In this document: piece after piece, positions 46,165 through 57,797 of the stretch
How positions within the stretch are numbered: the stretch's first letter is position 1
Layout of the letters: the number at the start of each line of letters is the position of its first letter
DNA from: an uncultured virus (IMG/VR IMGVR_UViG_3300050202_000023)
Taxonomy: Duplodnaviria > Heunggongvirae > Uroviricota > Caudoviricetes
DNA length: 62,274 nt
Reading direction: 5' to 3' (one strand)
IMG/VR virus record: IMGVR_UViG_3300050202_000023
Notes under the pieces: model-generated
What the model was told of the DNA's origin: nothing
Database searches by the model: none
The model's input: the letters and a program-made list of their open reading frames with translations, nothing else
Program-made: the position numbers and the translations under genes

Positions 46165-48233
46165 ATCTATAAATTAAACTAAATTAACTATGCAACAAGT
46201 AAAATTTGACGAAACAAGGCTTTTTGATCAAAGAAGGAGTAGCTTTGCTACAGTTCGTATTAGCCGAACAGGGGCTTTCTTTAATGTAGTTGCTGCTAGG
46301 CTACTTCTGTCTAAAAAGTACACTCAGGTAGATCTGTTCTATGATAAACATGGCTACTATTTTAAGTTTAGTCAGAAGAAACAAGGACGGTTTGGACATT
46401 TAACTAAAACTATGACAGTTTTAAATAAGTTGGCTGGTCTTTATATAAGTACGGGAAAACTACTTTACCCGTTTTTAATAAAGGGAGACAAGTCTTACTG
46501 TCATTATGAACTGGCTGAGACTAACGAGAAAGATTTGTATAAACTAAATTTTATTTCACAGGATAATCCTCGATGAACATGGAAACTACGGCAGAACTAC
46601 TAGGTTGGAATGAAGAAGAAGTTGAGCAAATTGCGTGGGCTTCAATTAGTTTTTACGACTTTCTTGAACTGATTAATTATCAGGACAGTACAGCTACAGC
46701 TCATTTAGAACCTGATCAAGTTCTTTTAATTGAGAAAGAATACGAAGAATTTGTAAACAGTTCAAACTAATGCTAAACTTTAAAGCTTCGTTAAGTCCAG
46801 CATTTAAACAGCCACATACATCGTCAACAGATAACTTTGTTTATCAAGCTAATTTTGTTGGTCAAAATGTAGGTGTTGTTGTTTACAAACTAGATAAACC
46901 TGATTTTACACTAGATACCTTTGTATTTGCACTGGTGATCACAATTTCAAATAATTAACACATAAACACATGGACACAATATTTGTCGTTGTTCGAGAAG
47001 ATTGGAATAGCTTCCCAGAAGCTAATAGCTTTCGAGCTACGGTGGGGATTAAGATTGAAACTTTCAATAAGTATATAGATGTAAATTGTTTTAGGTTTGG
47101 AGCTAGATTATTTGAGGAACCAATAGGTACTTTATGGGGAACTTCAAACCTAGCCTATACTTATCGAATAGCTACTGGGGAGGCTTATCCTACTGCTAAA
47201 GAAGCTTTTGATGAAGCTGTAAAAGAAGTTAAATCAATTTTAGTTGACTACACACCAGAAGATAATTCTGATGTAGTAACTTTTATTGCTTAACTAATAA
47301 TCAACTAAATTTCACTAGTTTATCATGAAACAAGCACCAGTTTTCAAGTTAGAAACACTAATATTCTTTGGCTTTCTGTATGGTATACTAGGAAGTTTAA
47401 TTGGTATTGGTTTTACCGTATCCCATACGTGGGGAATTGCAGGATTATTTGGCATTCTGTTACTTACATTAGTAATTGTCAATTTAAAGCCCCGCAAAGC
47501 ACAATAAACACACTTTAAACTTGTTTTATGTACACCATCACACTGACTAGAAGCAAGAAACAACTGGCATTTGATGATTATGACGAAGCACTAGCTTATC
47601 TTCAAAAGACTAGAGCTATTGCTATTGAGTTATCTCCATCATTTTTCCCAGTACCTAAACAGGTAGTAAAAGTTCATCCGGCATACAGTCGGGCTAAACC
47701 AGTAAATCGGCTATGAAAAATCCAAATTACATCAAAGTACAGAAACTTAGTGACACAGTTTATGTGGTTAATGATCAAAAGATTGATCTGGAAACACTGA
47801 GTTTTAATGAGGCCATTCAACATTGTAACTGGTTGGCAGACTTAGCTAAGCAACAGTTTCAAAAAAATGTAAAGCTTTCTGAAGCTTATCAGCAAAGTAA
47901 AACTAAGTATAAGCTACTTGCAGTATTAAACAAGTCTCTGGATAGTTTAGTAGATAAACTTCGACCATCTAAACGAGTTTGGATTATGACTTCTGAAGGG
48001 ATTAGTCCACTTGATTTGTCTGAGCAACAGGCTGACATAATGCTGTCATCTGGTATGGCTTATGAAAGTCCGAATGATTTTAAGACTTCTCAAGCTCAAT
48101 TTACCGGTGATTCTGTCACTGTATAAAGACCCTATTTTTTTATTTTAGCGGGTATGTTACTAACTCGGTGTTTTACACTGAGTTAGTTTTTTTATTTCTA
48201 AACGTATTAAACATGAACATAATAATAAGTAAC

Positions 48234-50363
48234 ATGAAAGCATTGAATGATAAACTGCAAGAACAGTTTAACAAAATGATGGCTACCGGCAAACTATTTC
48301 GGAGCCGGTTAAATGGTGGACAAGTATGGGACATTTATTTGGGTTCGTTTACACCGGAGAATAACCCAATATTCCGTGATCCTGAAAGTTCAGTACATAA
48401 CTGTAATTACTGTAAGTCTTTTGTAAGACGTTATGGTAATGTTGTGGCTATTGGAGATGATTTCAAGCCTATGACAATCTTTGATGTAGAAATTGAAGGG
48501 GAATACCAAGAAACGGTTAAAGCTCTGTCAGAGTACATTAAAGCTTATCCAATTGAGGGTGTATTTGTTGAGACGTATGTTGAACTGTTTAACATTGGGT
48601 ATACAGATACACTTAACAAGTCTCAGGAACTGTACCAGCTTGGTTATGCTAAGAATGTGAAACGATATACTCAGGAAGAGGCTGATAAATTTGGTGTAGT
48701 TAAACCAAATGAAGTTCGTACCTTCAACCACATTCATTTAATGTTGGAAAAGCAGTTTGTTGACTTTGGTACAGACTCAGTTGAAGCTATATCTGCCAAA
48801 TACCGGGATGCCAAGAACGTGTTTCTTCGGGGTATGCAGACTATTTCACTGGATACACTAGAATTAGTCAAAGACCTGATTAATCAGGGATCATTGCTTG
48901 ACGGTACTACTCATTTGTACAAGATTGAGCAGATTATTCCATTGAAACGGGAGTTTGATCAGCTTGATCATACCAGTGAGGATAACTGGGCTTGGGTAAA
49001 GTCTTACAACTTACCCTTTGCCAAGTTTAGAAATGAGTTGATTGGTGTACTATGTTCAGAACTCTCTGAAGGCCAAGACCTAAATAAAGCTGTACAAGCT
49101 TGGAATAAACGGGTTGATCCTCAGAATTTCATGAAGGCCAAAGCACCTATTAGTAAGAAACAGATTGCTGAAGCTCAGAAGTTTGTTGAAGAAAATGGGT
49201 ATACAGAGTCATTTGACAGACGTTTTGCTACACTGGAAGATATTAAAGTATCTGAGATTCTTCATACAGCAGCAACGGGAAAAGCTGATAAAGCTGTGTC
49301 TATCTTTGACAAGGTTAAACCCAATAACACCCGTCATAAACGCAATGAGTTTGACAAGGTTGAAGAAGTAGGTATTGATAAGTTTTTGAAAGACATTCTT
49401 CCCGGAGTAACATCAATTGAAGCTTTTGTTACATCTAGTCTTGAAAACAACTTTGTTAGTCTGACTACAGCTAAAAATCCTGATTCTAAACCAATCTTTA
49501 AGTGGTCTAATAACTACTCATGGACGTTTAACGGAAACCTAGCTGGTAAAAGCCAAATTAAAGAAGCTGTTAAGACTGCCGGTGGTAATGTTGAAGGAAT
49601 TCTACGGTTTTCTATGATCTGGAATGATTCTGGAAATGATCACTCGGATCTTGATGCATGGTGTACTCAGCCTGATAGGGGTAAAATTGGGTTTAGTGCT
49701 GGTTATCGAAAAGACTCTGGAAATAAGTTTAGTTCTTGTGGTGGTCAGCTTGATCTGGATAATACAAATCCGGGTAGTAAAGTGGGTATTGAAAATATCT
49801 ACTTTAAAGATGTTTCAAAGCTTAAAGACGGTAAATACACGTTTTATGTAAATCAGTTTTCAGCCAGAAACTCTCAAGGATTCCGGGCTGAAATTGAAAT
49901 GGATGGTGAAACGTTTATCTACGATTATCCAAGAGCAGTAAGTGGAAACATAATTGTGGCTGAAGTTACTGTTAACGACGGTCGGTTTACTATTGAGCAT
50001 AAACTACCCGTTTCTGGTGAGATTAGTAAAGAAATCTATGGTATTCAAACAAATGAATTTGTACCGGTAAATCTTGTATCATTGTCACCAAATCATTGGG
50101 ACGATAACAAAGTTGGTAACAAGTTTTATATGTTTATGCTGGAAGGAGCTAAGTCACCGGTATCTATTCGTAGTTTTCACTCTGAGAACCTATTACCAGA
50201 ACTAGCTGTTCATAGACGTGTCCTAGAGATACTCGGATCTACCACTATGATTGAATCTACAAAGAAACAACTTAGTGGACTAGGCTTTAATAGTACTGTA
50301 CGGGATGAGCTGGTACTTCGTCTAGGTGGAAGTCACCGTAGAATTGTAAAAGTTAAGTTTTAA
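48234..50363 (+). CDS. large conserved phage protein of unknown function (CxxC N-domain; DLD motif C-domain)
   Basis: HNCNYCKSF, WNNYSWTFNG, SDLDAWC, GQLDLDN, ENIY, LSGLGF; start probably MKALND. Confidence 0.7.
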   Translation: MKALNDKLQEQFNKMMATGKLFRSRLNGGQVWDIYLGSFTPENNPIFRDPESSVHNCNYCKSFVRRYGNVVAIGDDFKPMTIFDVEIEGEYQETVKALSEYIKAYPIEGVFVETYVELFNIGYTDTLNKSQELYQLGYAKNVKRYTQEEADKFGVVKPNEVRTFNHIHLMLEKQFVDFGTDSVEAISAKYRDAKNVFLRGMQTISLDTLELVKDLINQGSLLDGTTHLYKIEQIIPLKREFDQLDHTSEDNWAWVKSYNLPFAKFRNELIGVLCSELSEGQDLNKAVQAWNKRVDPQNFMKAKAPISKKQIAEAQKFVEENGYTESFDRRFATLEDIKVSEILHTAATGKADKAVSIFDKVKPNNTRHKRNEFDKVEEVGIDKFLKDILPGVTSIEAFVTSSLENNFVSLTTAKNPDSKPIFKWSNNYSWTFNGNLAGKSQIKEAVKTAGGNVEGILRFSMIWNDSGNDHSDLDAWCTQPDRGKIGFSAGYRKDSGNKFSSCGGQLDLDNTNPGSKVGIENIYFKDVSKLKDGKYTFYVNQFSARNSQGFRAEIEMDGETFIYDYPRAVSGNIIVAEVTVNDGRFTIEHKLPVSGEISKEIYGIQTNEFVPVNLVSLSPNHWDDNKVGNKFYMFMLEGAKSPVSIRSFHSENLLPELAVHRRVLEILGSTTMIESTKKQLSGLGFNSTVRDELVLRLGGSHRRIVKVKF

Positions 50364-50377
50364 TCAAACCAAATTCA

Positions 50378-50797
50378 ATGAAAATTCTAAAGTCAGAAGT
50401 AGAGAACCCGGTAAAAATGGAAAACCTCGTTAAAAATAAGGTTTTATTGACGGATAATGGTGAAAACCACGAACATATTTGGGTTGGAGAAGATGCAACT
50501 TCGGGTAAGATGTATCTACTAAATATGGCAGTAGCTCTTTACCCATTTAGTAGTTACGGTATGGAGTTTGATATAGCTTCAGAAATTGATGTAGCTGAAG
50601 CTAAAGGGTCTAGTCCTGAAGAAGCTAAACTTGTATTACACCCAGAAATCTACCAGATATATGTAGATAACAACTGGATTAACGAGTCTGGTGAGCTCGA
50701 TTTTGATGCTTACTTTGAACGGATTAATGAGGGGGATGTTNNNNNNNNNNGGGGATGTTGAAACTAAAGCTGAGGTAATTGAAGAAGTAACTAAATA
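50378..50797 (+). CDS. hypothetical acidic protein (gap near C-terminus)
   Basis: ggggatgtt is duplicated across the N gap; merging it extends the ORF to TAA ~50797. Confidence 0.5.
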
Positions 50798-50809
50798 AAC
50801 TAACAAATA

Positions 50810-51184
50810 ATGGAAAATTACAAACTGGCTACCAAGTTAGCCCTACGGTTTCAGACTGCACAAGGTCAAATTTCAACGGAGCAGTTGTGGAGTATGCATC
50901 TAGAACAACTGGATAAGCTGGTTGTAGGACTTGAGCTTGAACTTGAGACTACAACTAAGAAGTCTTATCTGGTTAAGACTTCATCTAAAGATAAGCTGGC
51001 CAAACTCCGGTTTGATATTGCTCTAGATGTACTCAATAGCCGGGTTGAAGAAGTTCAGGCTGCTAGGGATGCTGCGTCTAAGAAAGAGTCTAACAAGAAA
51101 ATCACTGAACTGATTGCTAAAAAGCAGGATGAAAGTCTTTCTAATCTTTCGGTAGAAGAACTACAGAAACTTCTTGTTGACTAA
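50810..51184 (+). CDS. conserved small coiled-coil phage protein
   Basis: ATKLALRF..GQISTEQLW...SVEEL pattern; followed by hairpin 51192-51224. Confidence 0.65.
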   Translation: MENYKLATKLALRFQTAQGQISTEQLWSMHLEQLDKLVVGLELELETTTKKSYLVKTSSKDKLAKLRFDIALDVLNSRVEEVQAARDAASKKESNKKITELIAKKQDESLSNLSVEELQKLLVD

Positions 51185-52886
51185 CTAATAAACGGGCTAC
51201 ATGTATACGTATATGTAGCCCGTTCTATTTTATTATGAAGTTTAAAGTTGGTGATATTGTCTCTCATAAAGAGTATGATGGAAATCTTATAGTTGCAGCT
51301 ACTTGGGAAGATTGGTCTAGACATCCTTATAGTTTATTAGCCCTTAAGATAACTGATAAAATTTTACTTAGTAAAGAAGATAAACTTACGTTTGTTTCAG
51401 AGGGGGGTATTGGGCTACTTGAATTTATTAAAACACAACGTAAAGCTTTAATACCTGAGTTTGATGTTGGTAGATCTCAAGAACATCCTATGTATTACTC
51501 TATTTATGACGATCCGTACAAATGAAAAAACCTATATTAGTAACCCTATTAAAACGTACAATATTTACTGGTTTTTACTGGTATTTATCTATAAAAGAAC
51601 GTTTAAAAAATACGAAAGAATGAAGTATATCACCAAAGAAAAGTTTGCCAGTAATATAGTAGAGCTTACTCGTACTTTTCAGGCTGCTCCAATGAGTGCC
51701 AGCCAGTTTTATAATAAGCTTTTGTCAGAATTGGCTAATATTGAAGAAAGTAGTATGGACTTAAGTATGACCCGGATTACTAAAGAACGGATCATGACTG
51801 AAGAATTAAAAACTAAAACGTTTTTACTTTCTCAACTATTGTCTTTGACTCAACTCAGTAAAAACTTATCTGAGCATGTTCAGGATAAATGGATTGGAGA
51901 AGCAAAAGAACACTTTTTAGATCCATCCACACAATATAAATCAACGTTACCAATTAAATCACTAAACATAGATTAAGAAATGAACGTAGCTCTTGAAACT
52001 AACAACGACACATTTTATAAAACACAGCTTGCTAAATTCTTTGATTCTGAAAAAGGCTATGTATTTCGAGTACCTACAGATTCAGTTAGTTCTGACCCGG
52101 AACGGAAACTAAAAGCATTTTCTCAGGTTCAACAGTCTCGTATTGGGTTTTTAGTTGAATTAACACTAGCTTGGATACGAGGACACAAAGTAACTACCTA
52201 TCATCTTTCTGAAAAAGAGGGGTGGGATCGTATTTATAACTTGTTTGGTAAAGCTAATAATGCACCTAGACAAAGCCTGACTAATTTGTTTAAACGGGAA
52301 GACACCGCTTTGTATGAAGTAACCAGCAAAGGCAAACTTATCAGTTTTAAAGTAGGAGCTTGGGGAGAATGTTTTCATGGAGTCCAAGTCAAACTTTAAG
52401 TTTAGTCCGGGTACTTTAGTAACGGTACCTAGAATGCGGCCAGAGNNNNNNNNNNGTTCGTATATTTATTGTTGATAAAAGCTTTAATGCTAAGACTAAA
52501 CACTATGATCATAACTTATATGATTTATATGAACTTATCGGTAAAAAAAGATACCCCTCAGTACATGAAAGTCAGGTAAAGTATCATTCAGCAGGTAGCT
52601 TAAGTTTATTAACCTTTATTAAAGCATCAAGTCCAGATGGAACATGATTTTAAACCCGGAAATATTTTAGAGGTAATTAAACCAGATGCTCAACAGTTTA
52701 GTTTTTATTTTTCACAGGGTACTCAAGTAATTGTAGAGTCTATAATTGGGAATACGATTGTAGAAGTCTTAGATCTTATAACAGGAGACTTCTTAATTTC
52801 CCATTTTTACGACTTTAAATTTGTTCATGAAGGTAGTTTAACTTTACTTGAATTTATTAAAGTTAGAAAGCCTAAACTAGAATAAC

Positions 52887-54874
52887 ATGGTTTATTACAT
52901 TTCAGATCAATTTGAGGTCGGACGTACCGTACACGGACTTGATGCACTTTGTCAGCTTTATGAGCTTGATGAAGTATATATGGATACAGAGAATGACGGA
53001 CTTGACCCGTATACATTAAAACCAATCTTGTTAGGCTTAACTGACGGTAATGACAATTACTACATTGTCAATTTACTAAGTACAGATAAGAAAGCCCTTC
53101 AGCAAAAACTTGAACCCATTGCTGATAAAGCTGTTTGGGTAGCTCATAACATGAAGTATGACTACAAAATGCTTTATGCACAGCTTGGAATTAAGTTGGA
53201 GAAAGTTTGGTGTACAATGGTGGCCAGTCAGGTACTGTACAACGGTATGAACAAACTTGGACATAATATAGCTGATTGTCTGGAAAGACATTTTGGTGTA
53301 AAAGTTGACAAGTCTGTTCGAAATAGCTTTATTAACCGCAATCTGGATCAGCCAATTACAGATGCTGAGATTAATTACTTGNNNNNNNNNNTTACTTGGT
53401 TGACGATTTAAAGTACTTAAAACCCCTTAAAGAACGTCAGGTTGACCGGGCTAAGAAAACTAGTCTTGAGCTATGTCTAGCGTTAGAAAATGAGTTTTTA
53501 CCCGTACTTGCTGACATGGAGCTTGAGGGTGTTGTACTGGACACACAGAAATGGTCTAGTATTGGTCGAAAGTTTAGAAGACAGGCTTTAGAGTATCAGG
53601 AAAAACTGGTTCAAGAGATTAACCGGCTGGCTATGCTGTTTCCAAACTTACTGGATACTAAAGTTCAAAAAGCTACAGCCAAGAAAAAGCCACTGACCAA
53701 ATATGATTTACCGAATCAGTTTAACATGTTTGATCAGGCAACCCTGTCCGGTACTATATCAAAAGATCGGGTACTGAATAATATCAACATTAATTCTACA
53801 GCTCAAATTCAGGCTATTTATAATAGATGTGGAGCTGAAGATGTAATGTCTACGGGTGAAGCTGTACTTCAAAATTATCTGTTACTAAATCCTGACGNNN
53901 NNNNNNNTGACGGAGCTTTAGCTTATTTTACTGAGCTTCTTTTAGCATACCGGGGTTTACAAAAACTTATTACTACGTATGGTGATAACTTCTTTGAGTT
54001 TATAAATCCAGTAACGGGTAAAATTCATTCTGACTTTTCTCAGTGTTTCACTGATACAGGAAGATTATCGAGTAGTAAGCCCAATCTTCAAAACGTGGCT
54101 CCGGGACCAAATGGGGCTTTAAGAGCTTGTTTTGTACCAGACTCAGAAGAGTACACGTTTGTAGACGTAGATATGTCTGGTCAGGAATTACGGGTTGCTG
54201 CTTCGTACAGTCAAGATAAAATGCTTAAAGCTTCGTTTAATGAAGGGCTTGATTTACACTCGTTTCTAGCTCAGGCCAGTTACCGGATTATTAAGAATGA
54301 TCCTACTTTAATTGTTAGTAAAACTGAAAATAAGGACTTACGGAATAAACACAAGCCTATTTTATTTTCTGTGTTATATGGAGGTTCTGCTGGTGGTATA
54401 GCAAGTAAGTTGGGTATTGATAAAGACATTGCCAAAAGGGTTTATCAGTCAATTCTTAATAATCTCCCAGAATTAAACCGGTTTCAGCAGGAATTTAAAA
54501 GAAAGGCTTTAGCACAACTTGAAGTACGGGATGGCTCAAAATACAACCGTGTTAAGTACTTTAATAAGTTTATTAAAGAGGAACAACCTGATCATTCTAT
54601 TGAAAGACAGAGTGTAAATTTCCCAATCCAGTCCAGTTCTGCGGCAATGATGAAGGAAGCTGGTATTGTCTTGAATAAGTACTTTAAAGACAATAATCTT
54701 GATGCTAAAATCAAAATGGCTATTCATGATCAGTATATTATACAGATCAGAAAAGATGATGCTGACTGGCTTGGGTTAAAGATTAAGGAAATTATGGAAG
54801 ATGTTGGTACGAGTTACTTACACGACATTAAGATGGAATCTGAGTTAAATATTAACCCGTTTTGGAGCCATTAG
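52887..54874 (+). CDS. polA: family A DNA polymerase with 3'-5' exonuclease (one gene; gaps split the ORF)
   Basis: DTENDGLDP, AHNMKYD, TGRLSSSKPNLQN, DMSGQELR, R..K...F...YG, NFPIQS, HDQ; merging the duplicated ttacttg restores NYLVDD in frame. Confidence 0.92.
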
Positions 54875-54875
54875 T

Positions 54876-55046
54876 ATGGAAAAGTTTTTGGAAAATTGGG
54901 CATCATTTTCTTTGGTGTTTCTAGGATTATTAATGCTGCTTAATGGTTGTTTACCTTGGAATTTATCACAAGAAATAAAGTTTATTTATATTGTTGTTAT
55001 AATAGTAGCAGCAATTTTAATTGCTGTAACACTTGACACTGAATAG
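54876..55046 (+). CDS. small 2-TM protein, paralog of next gene
   Basis: MEKFLENWASFSLVFLGLLMLL...LP.NL...IVAAILIA. Confidence 0.55.
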   Translation: MEKFLENWASFSLVFLGLLMLLNGCLPWNLSQEIKFIYIVVIIVAAILIAVTLDTE

Positions 55047-55047
55047 T

Positions 55048-55224
55048 ATGAAAAAATTTTTAATAAGTTGGATTGCTGTATCCCTTGTACTACTTGGACT
55101 ACTTATGCTTGTACATTGGAAACTGCCCGGAAACCTACCTGAATATGCTCAGTTTATGTATATGCTTTTAATTGTAGTAGCAGGTATACTTGTAGCATTA
55201 ACTCAAAATAAAGAAAATGAATAA
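55048..55224 (+). CDS. small 2-TM protein
   Basis: MKKFLISWIAVSLVLLGLLML...LPGNL...VVAGILVA. Confidence 0.55.
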   Translation: MKKFLISWIAVSLVLLGLLMLVHWKLPGNLPEYAQFMYMLLIVVAGILVALTQNKENE

Positions 55225-55558
55225 ACTTTCAAAGCAAAAATGGCTAGATGCCCTTCGATCAGGAAAGTATAAACAAGGTAAAGACAACTTAAGAAACACT
55301 TTGAATAACGAAACAGAGTTCTGTTGCATCGGTGTTTGGGCTGATATTACTGATTCTAAGGGTTGGAATGATGAAGGTTGGGGTGATACTAAAAATGACG
55401 AGTTTCCTGATCATTTAATTACATCCTTAACAAAGAACGGATTTACTTACAGTGATGCTATGGAGTATTTAAATAACCTTGCAAATAAAAATGATGCTGG
55501 AGTTAACTTTAATGCCATTGCTGACATGATTGAAAAAGACATTGTAACTAATGACTAA
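55217..55558 (+). CDS. conserved hypothetical phage protein
   Basis: KWLDALRSGKYKQG..CCIGV..ND.G.NF..IAD. Confidence 0.65.
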   Translation: MNKLSKQKWLDALRSGKYKQGKDNLRNTLNNETEFCCIGVWADITDSKGWNDEGWGDTKNDEFPDHLITSLTKNGFTYSDAMEYLNNLANKNDAGVNFNAIADMIEKDIVTND

Positions 55559-57175
55559 GCGAGAATTAGCTGAGGATGAAATACAGTATGCTTTGTCATT
55601 ACCAGCTCCAAATGACAGAAAGACGTATGTTCAAAAGCTAATTATTGACTACTTAGTGTCTGTTAAAAGTCTTTTGGTTACGGCTCACACAAGATTCGGT
55701 AATTAAGTTTGCCTACCTTAATAGAAATATTAGAGTGTAATAGGGGAAAATCGGTGAAGTCCATCGTTATAAGGATAATACCGAGAGGGGTTTTGGAGAG
55801 ATTTATAAACCAAAATTCTTTGTAGAGCATAGCAATTGACCATCTCTGGAAAAATATTGCCACGAGTCTCCTACATCTGACTGCTGAGNNNNNNNNNNGT
55901 AAAAGATGAAAATATATGCCGAGCTTACACAATGATAAAGTGTAAGAACTAAGGGATAAAAAGCCTTTAGGATAACATAACTGAAACTCTTCATGCTCAA
56001 GGTGTTACTGCTTAGATACCGGGCTAAGACAAACAGGCTAGTACACATTGTTGTTTCTTCCAGTGCTATAAAACTTGAATTTGACGAGTTTTTAGCTGGT
56101 ATACCAAATGTTGAGATTTATCTGGTACACTCGTATCCCGGTGGAGAATCCGGTATGTTGATTGTTGATGAGGCTCACTGGGTTTCCAATCCTGTAGCTA
56201 CCAGAAACTCACAGGTACTGGTTAATGGTAAAGCTCCAATACGGATGCTTTTATCAGCTACCATTGATAATGACCAGAGAAAATTCTTTCAGTCACATGG
56301 GTTTAATCACGAGTTTTCAGTACCTTTAAAGACTGGNNNNNNNNNNACGGCTTGGTATTGTACCGGGTTATCAAAGTCTGAATGTACCTATTTCGTTTTC
56401 TGACGAAGAAAAGAAAGCTTATGTAGCTATTCAGGACAAGATTGCAGGGTATGTTCGTCTGTTTCAGATAGCATCCCCAACTAAGGCTGAGGGGCTAGCT
56501 TTTCTAATTGCTAATGTCCAAGACCCTAAAGCTAAACAGGCTGCTGTTCTTACAGCTAATAAGACGGGTTTACCAGTTAACAGTATTATTGGTTCAGCTA
56601 TTAACTTTCGAACAGCCGTAAATAAACGGGCTGAGTTACTGTATACAGCTTCTGAGAAAATTATTGTTACTAAACAATTATTAGAAGCAATTCCTGAACA
56701 GAAAATCATTGTATTTGGATCAAGGTTAACCATTGGTGATAAACTAGCCAAGCTAGTACCTAAATTAGCTGTATTTAGAGGAGGTGTAAGTGTAGCAGCT
56801 AAAACTAAGGCTAAAGCTCAATTGGCTGATTTTAGATCAAACAAGACTCCTTTTCTTTATGGGTGTAATATCCTCAATGAAGGATTTACTGTTAATGACG
56901 CATCTATAGCTATTAATATTGGTATAAAGTCAAAAGCCCTACAGGATTTGCAACGTACAGGGCGTGTCTTGGGACTTGATCCAAATAACCCAGACAAACT
57001 AGCCACTAAAATCAATTTATTCATAGATGATTTCACACATGAAGGAAAACTAATTGAGTCACAGGAAAAAAGATGGCTCAGAAATGCCCAAAAAGATCAA
57101 ATATTCATTAGTACGCTTACTTCTGTTGACGAACTAGTTGATTATATTGATGGGTATCAACTATTTTCAAGCTAA
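55551..57175 (+). CDS. SF2 (DEAH) helicase, spliced 55551-55700 + 55984-57175 (also an N gap at ~56340)
   Basis: spliced Walker A AHTRFG|K, LIVDEAH, LSAT, LNEGF, QRTGR. Confidence 0.82.
55701..55983 (+). mobile_element. group I intron (contains an N gap)
   Basis: exon ends in U with U-G wobble in P1 (ggtaa/ttgcc); ends in G; P10 agttt/aaact; aaaatcggtgaa..ataccgag core; removal restores the frame. Confidence 0.85.
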
Positions 57176-57177
57176 TA

Positions 57178-57796
57178 ATGCAGAACAACGGAATTAAAGA
57201 AGTACTTAAGTTTTTAACAAAGAATAAGTTAACAGTAGAAGAGGCTATGCTTCTGTATACTATCTTTCTTAGAAACGCAGCTTCACACGAACAGGAGGTA
57301 CTTAAACTACTAACGGATTACTATAATCAGTTTAAGTATTTTGATCCAGACGGTAATCCAATTGGTATATCTTGGAGTACCATTATTGCTAAACTAGTCA
57401 GAGACGGGTATCTAATTGCTTATCCGGGACACTCCAGACCCTTACCGGATGGTAGTCACCGAATGATTTTAGAAAAACTTGAAGTCACTGATAAATTTAA
57501 AGCTACCCTGATTACAGATGATCGGGAAACNNNNNNNNNNTAATATAGATGGTAAAATAATTCCAACTATGTTACCAGATAAGGGTCAGACACTGGAACA
57601 GGTTAAAGACTTGTTCTGGAAAATCTGTAAAAATGGTTTAGTATCTGCTTTTGACGAGCTTTGTGTTAATACTGAAGCTTATTTTAAGGAGTTTGAACGA
57701 AACATTAAAGTCAACCGGTTTTTGGAAAACTATGACGGACTTATAATGACGTTGAAAATGAAGCAACGGGAAAGTAAGTACAATAACTCCTATTAA
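57178..57796 (+). CDS. hypothetical replication-module protein (split by gap)
   Basis: two ORFs meet at the N gap 57531-57540. Confidence 0.5.
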
Positions 57797-57797
57797 C

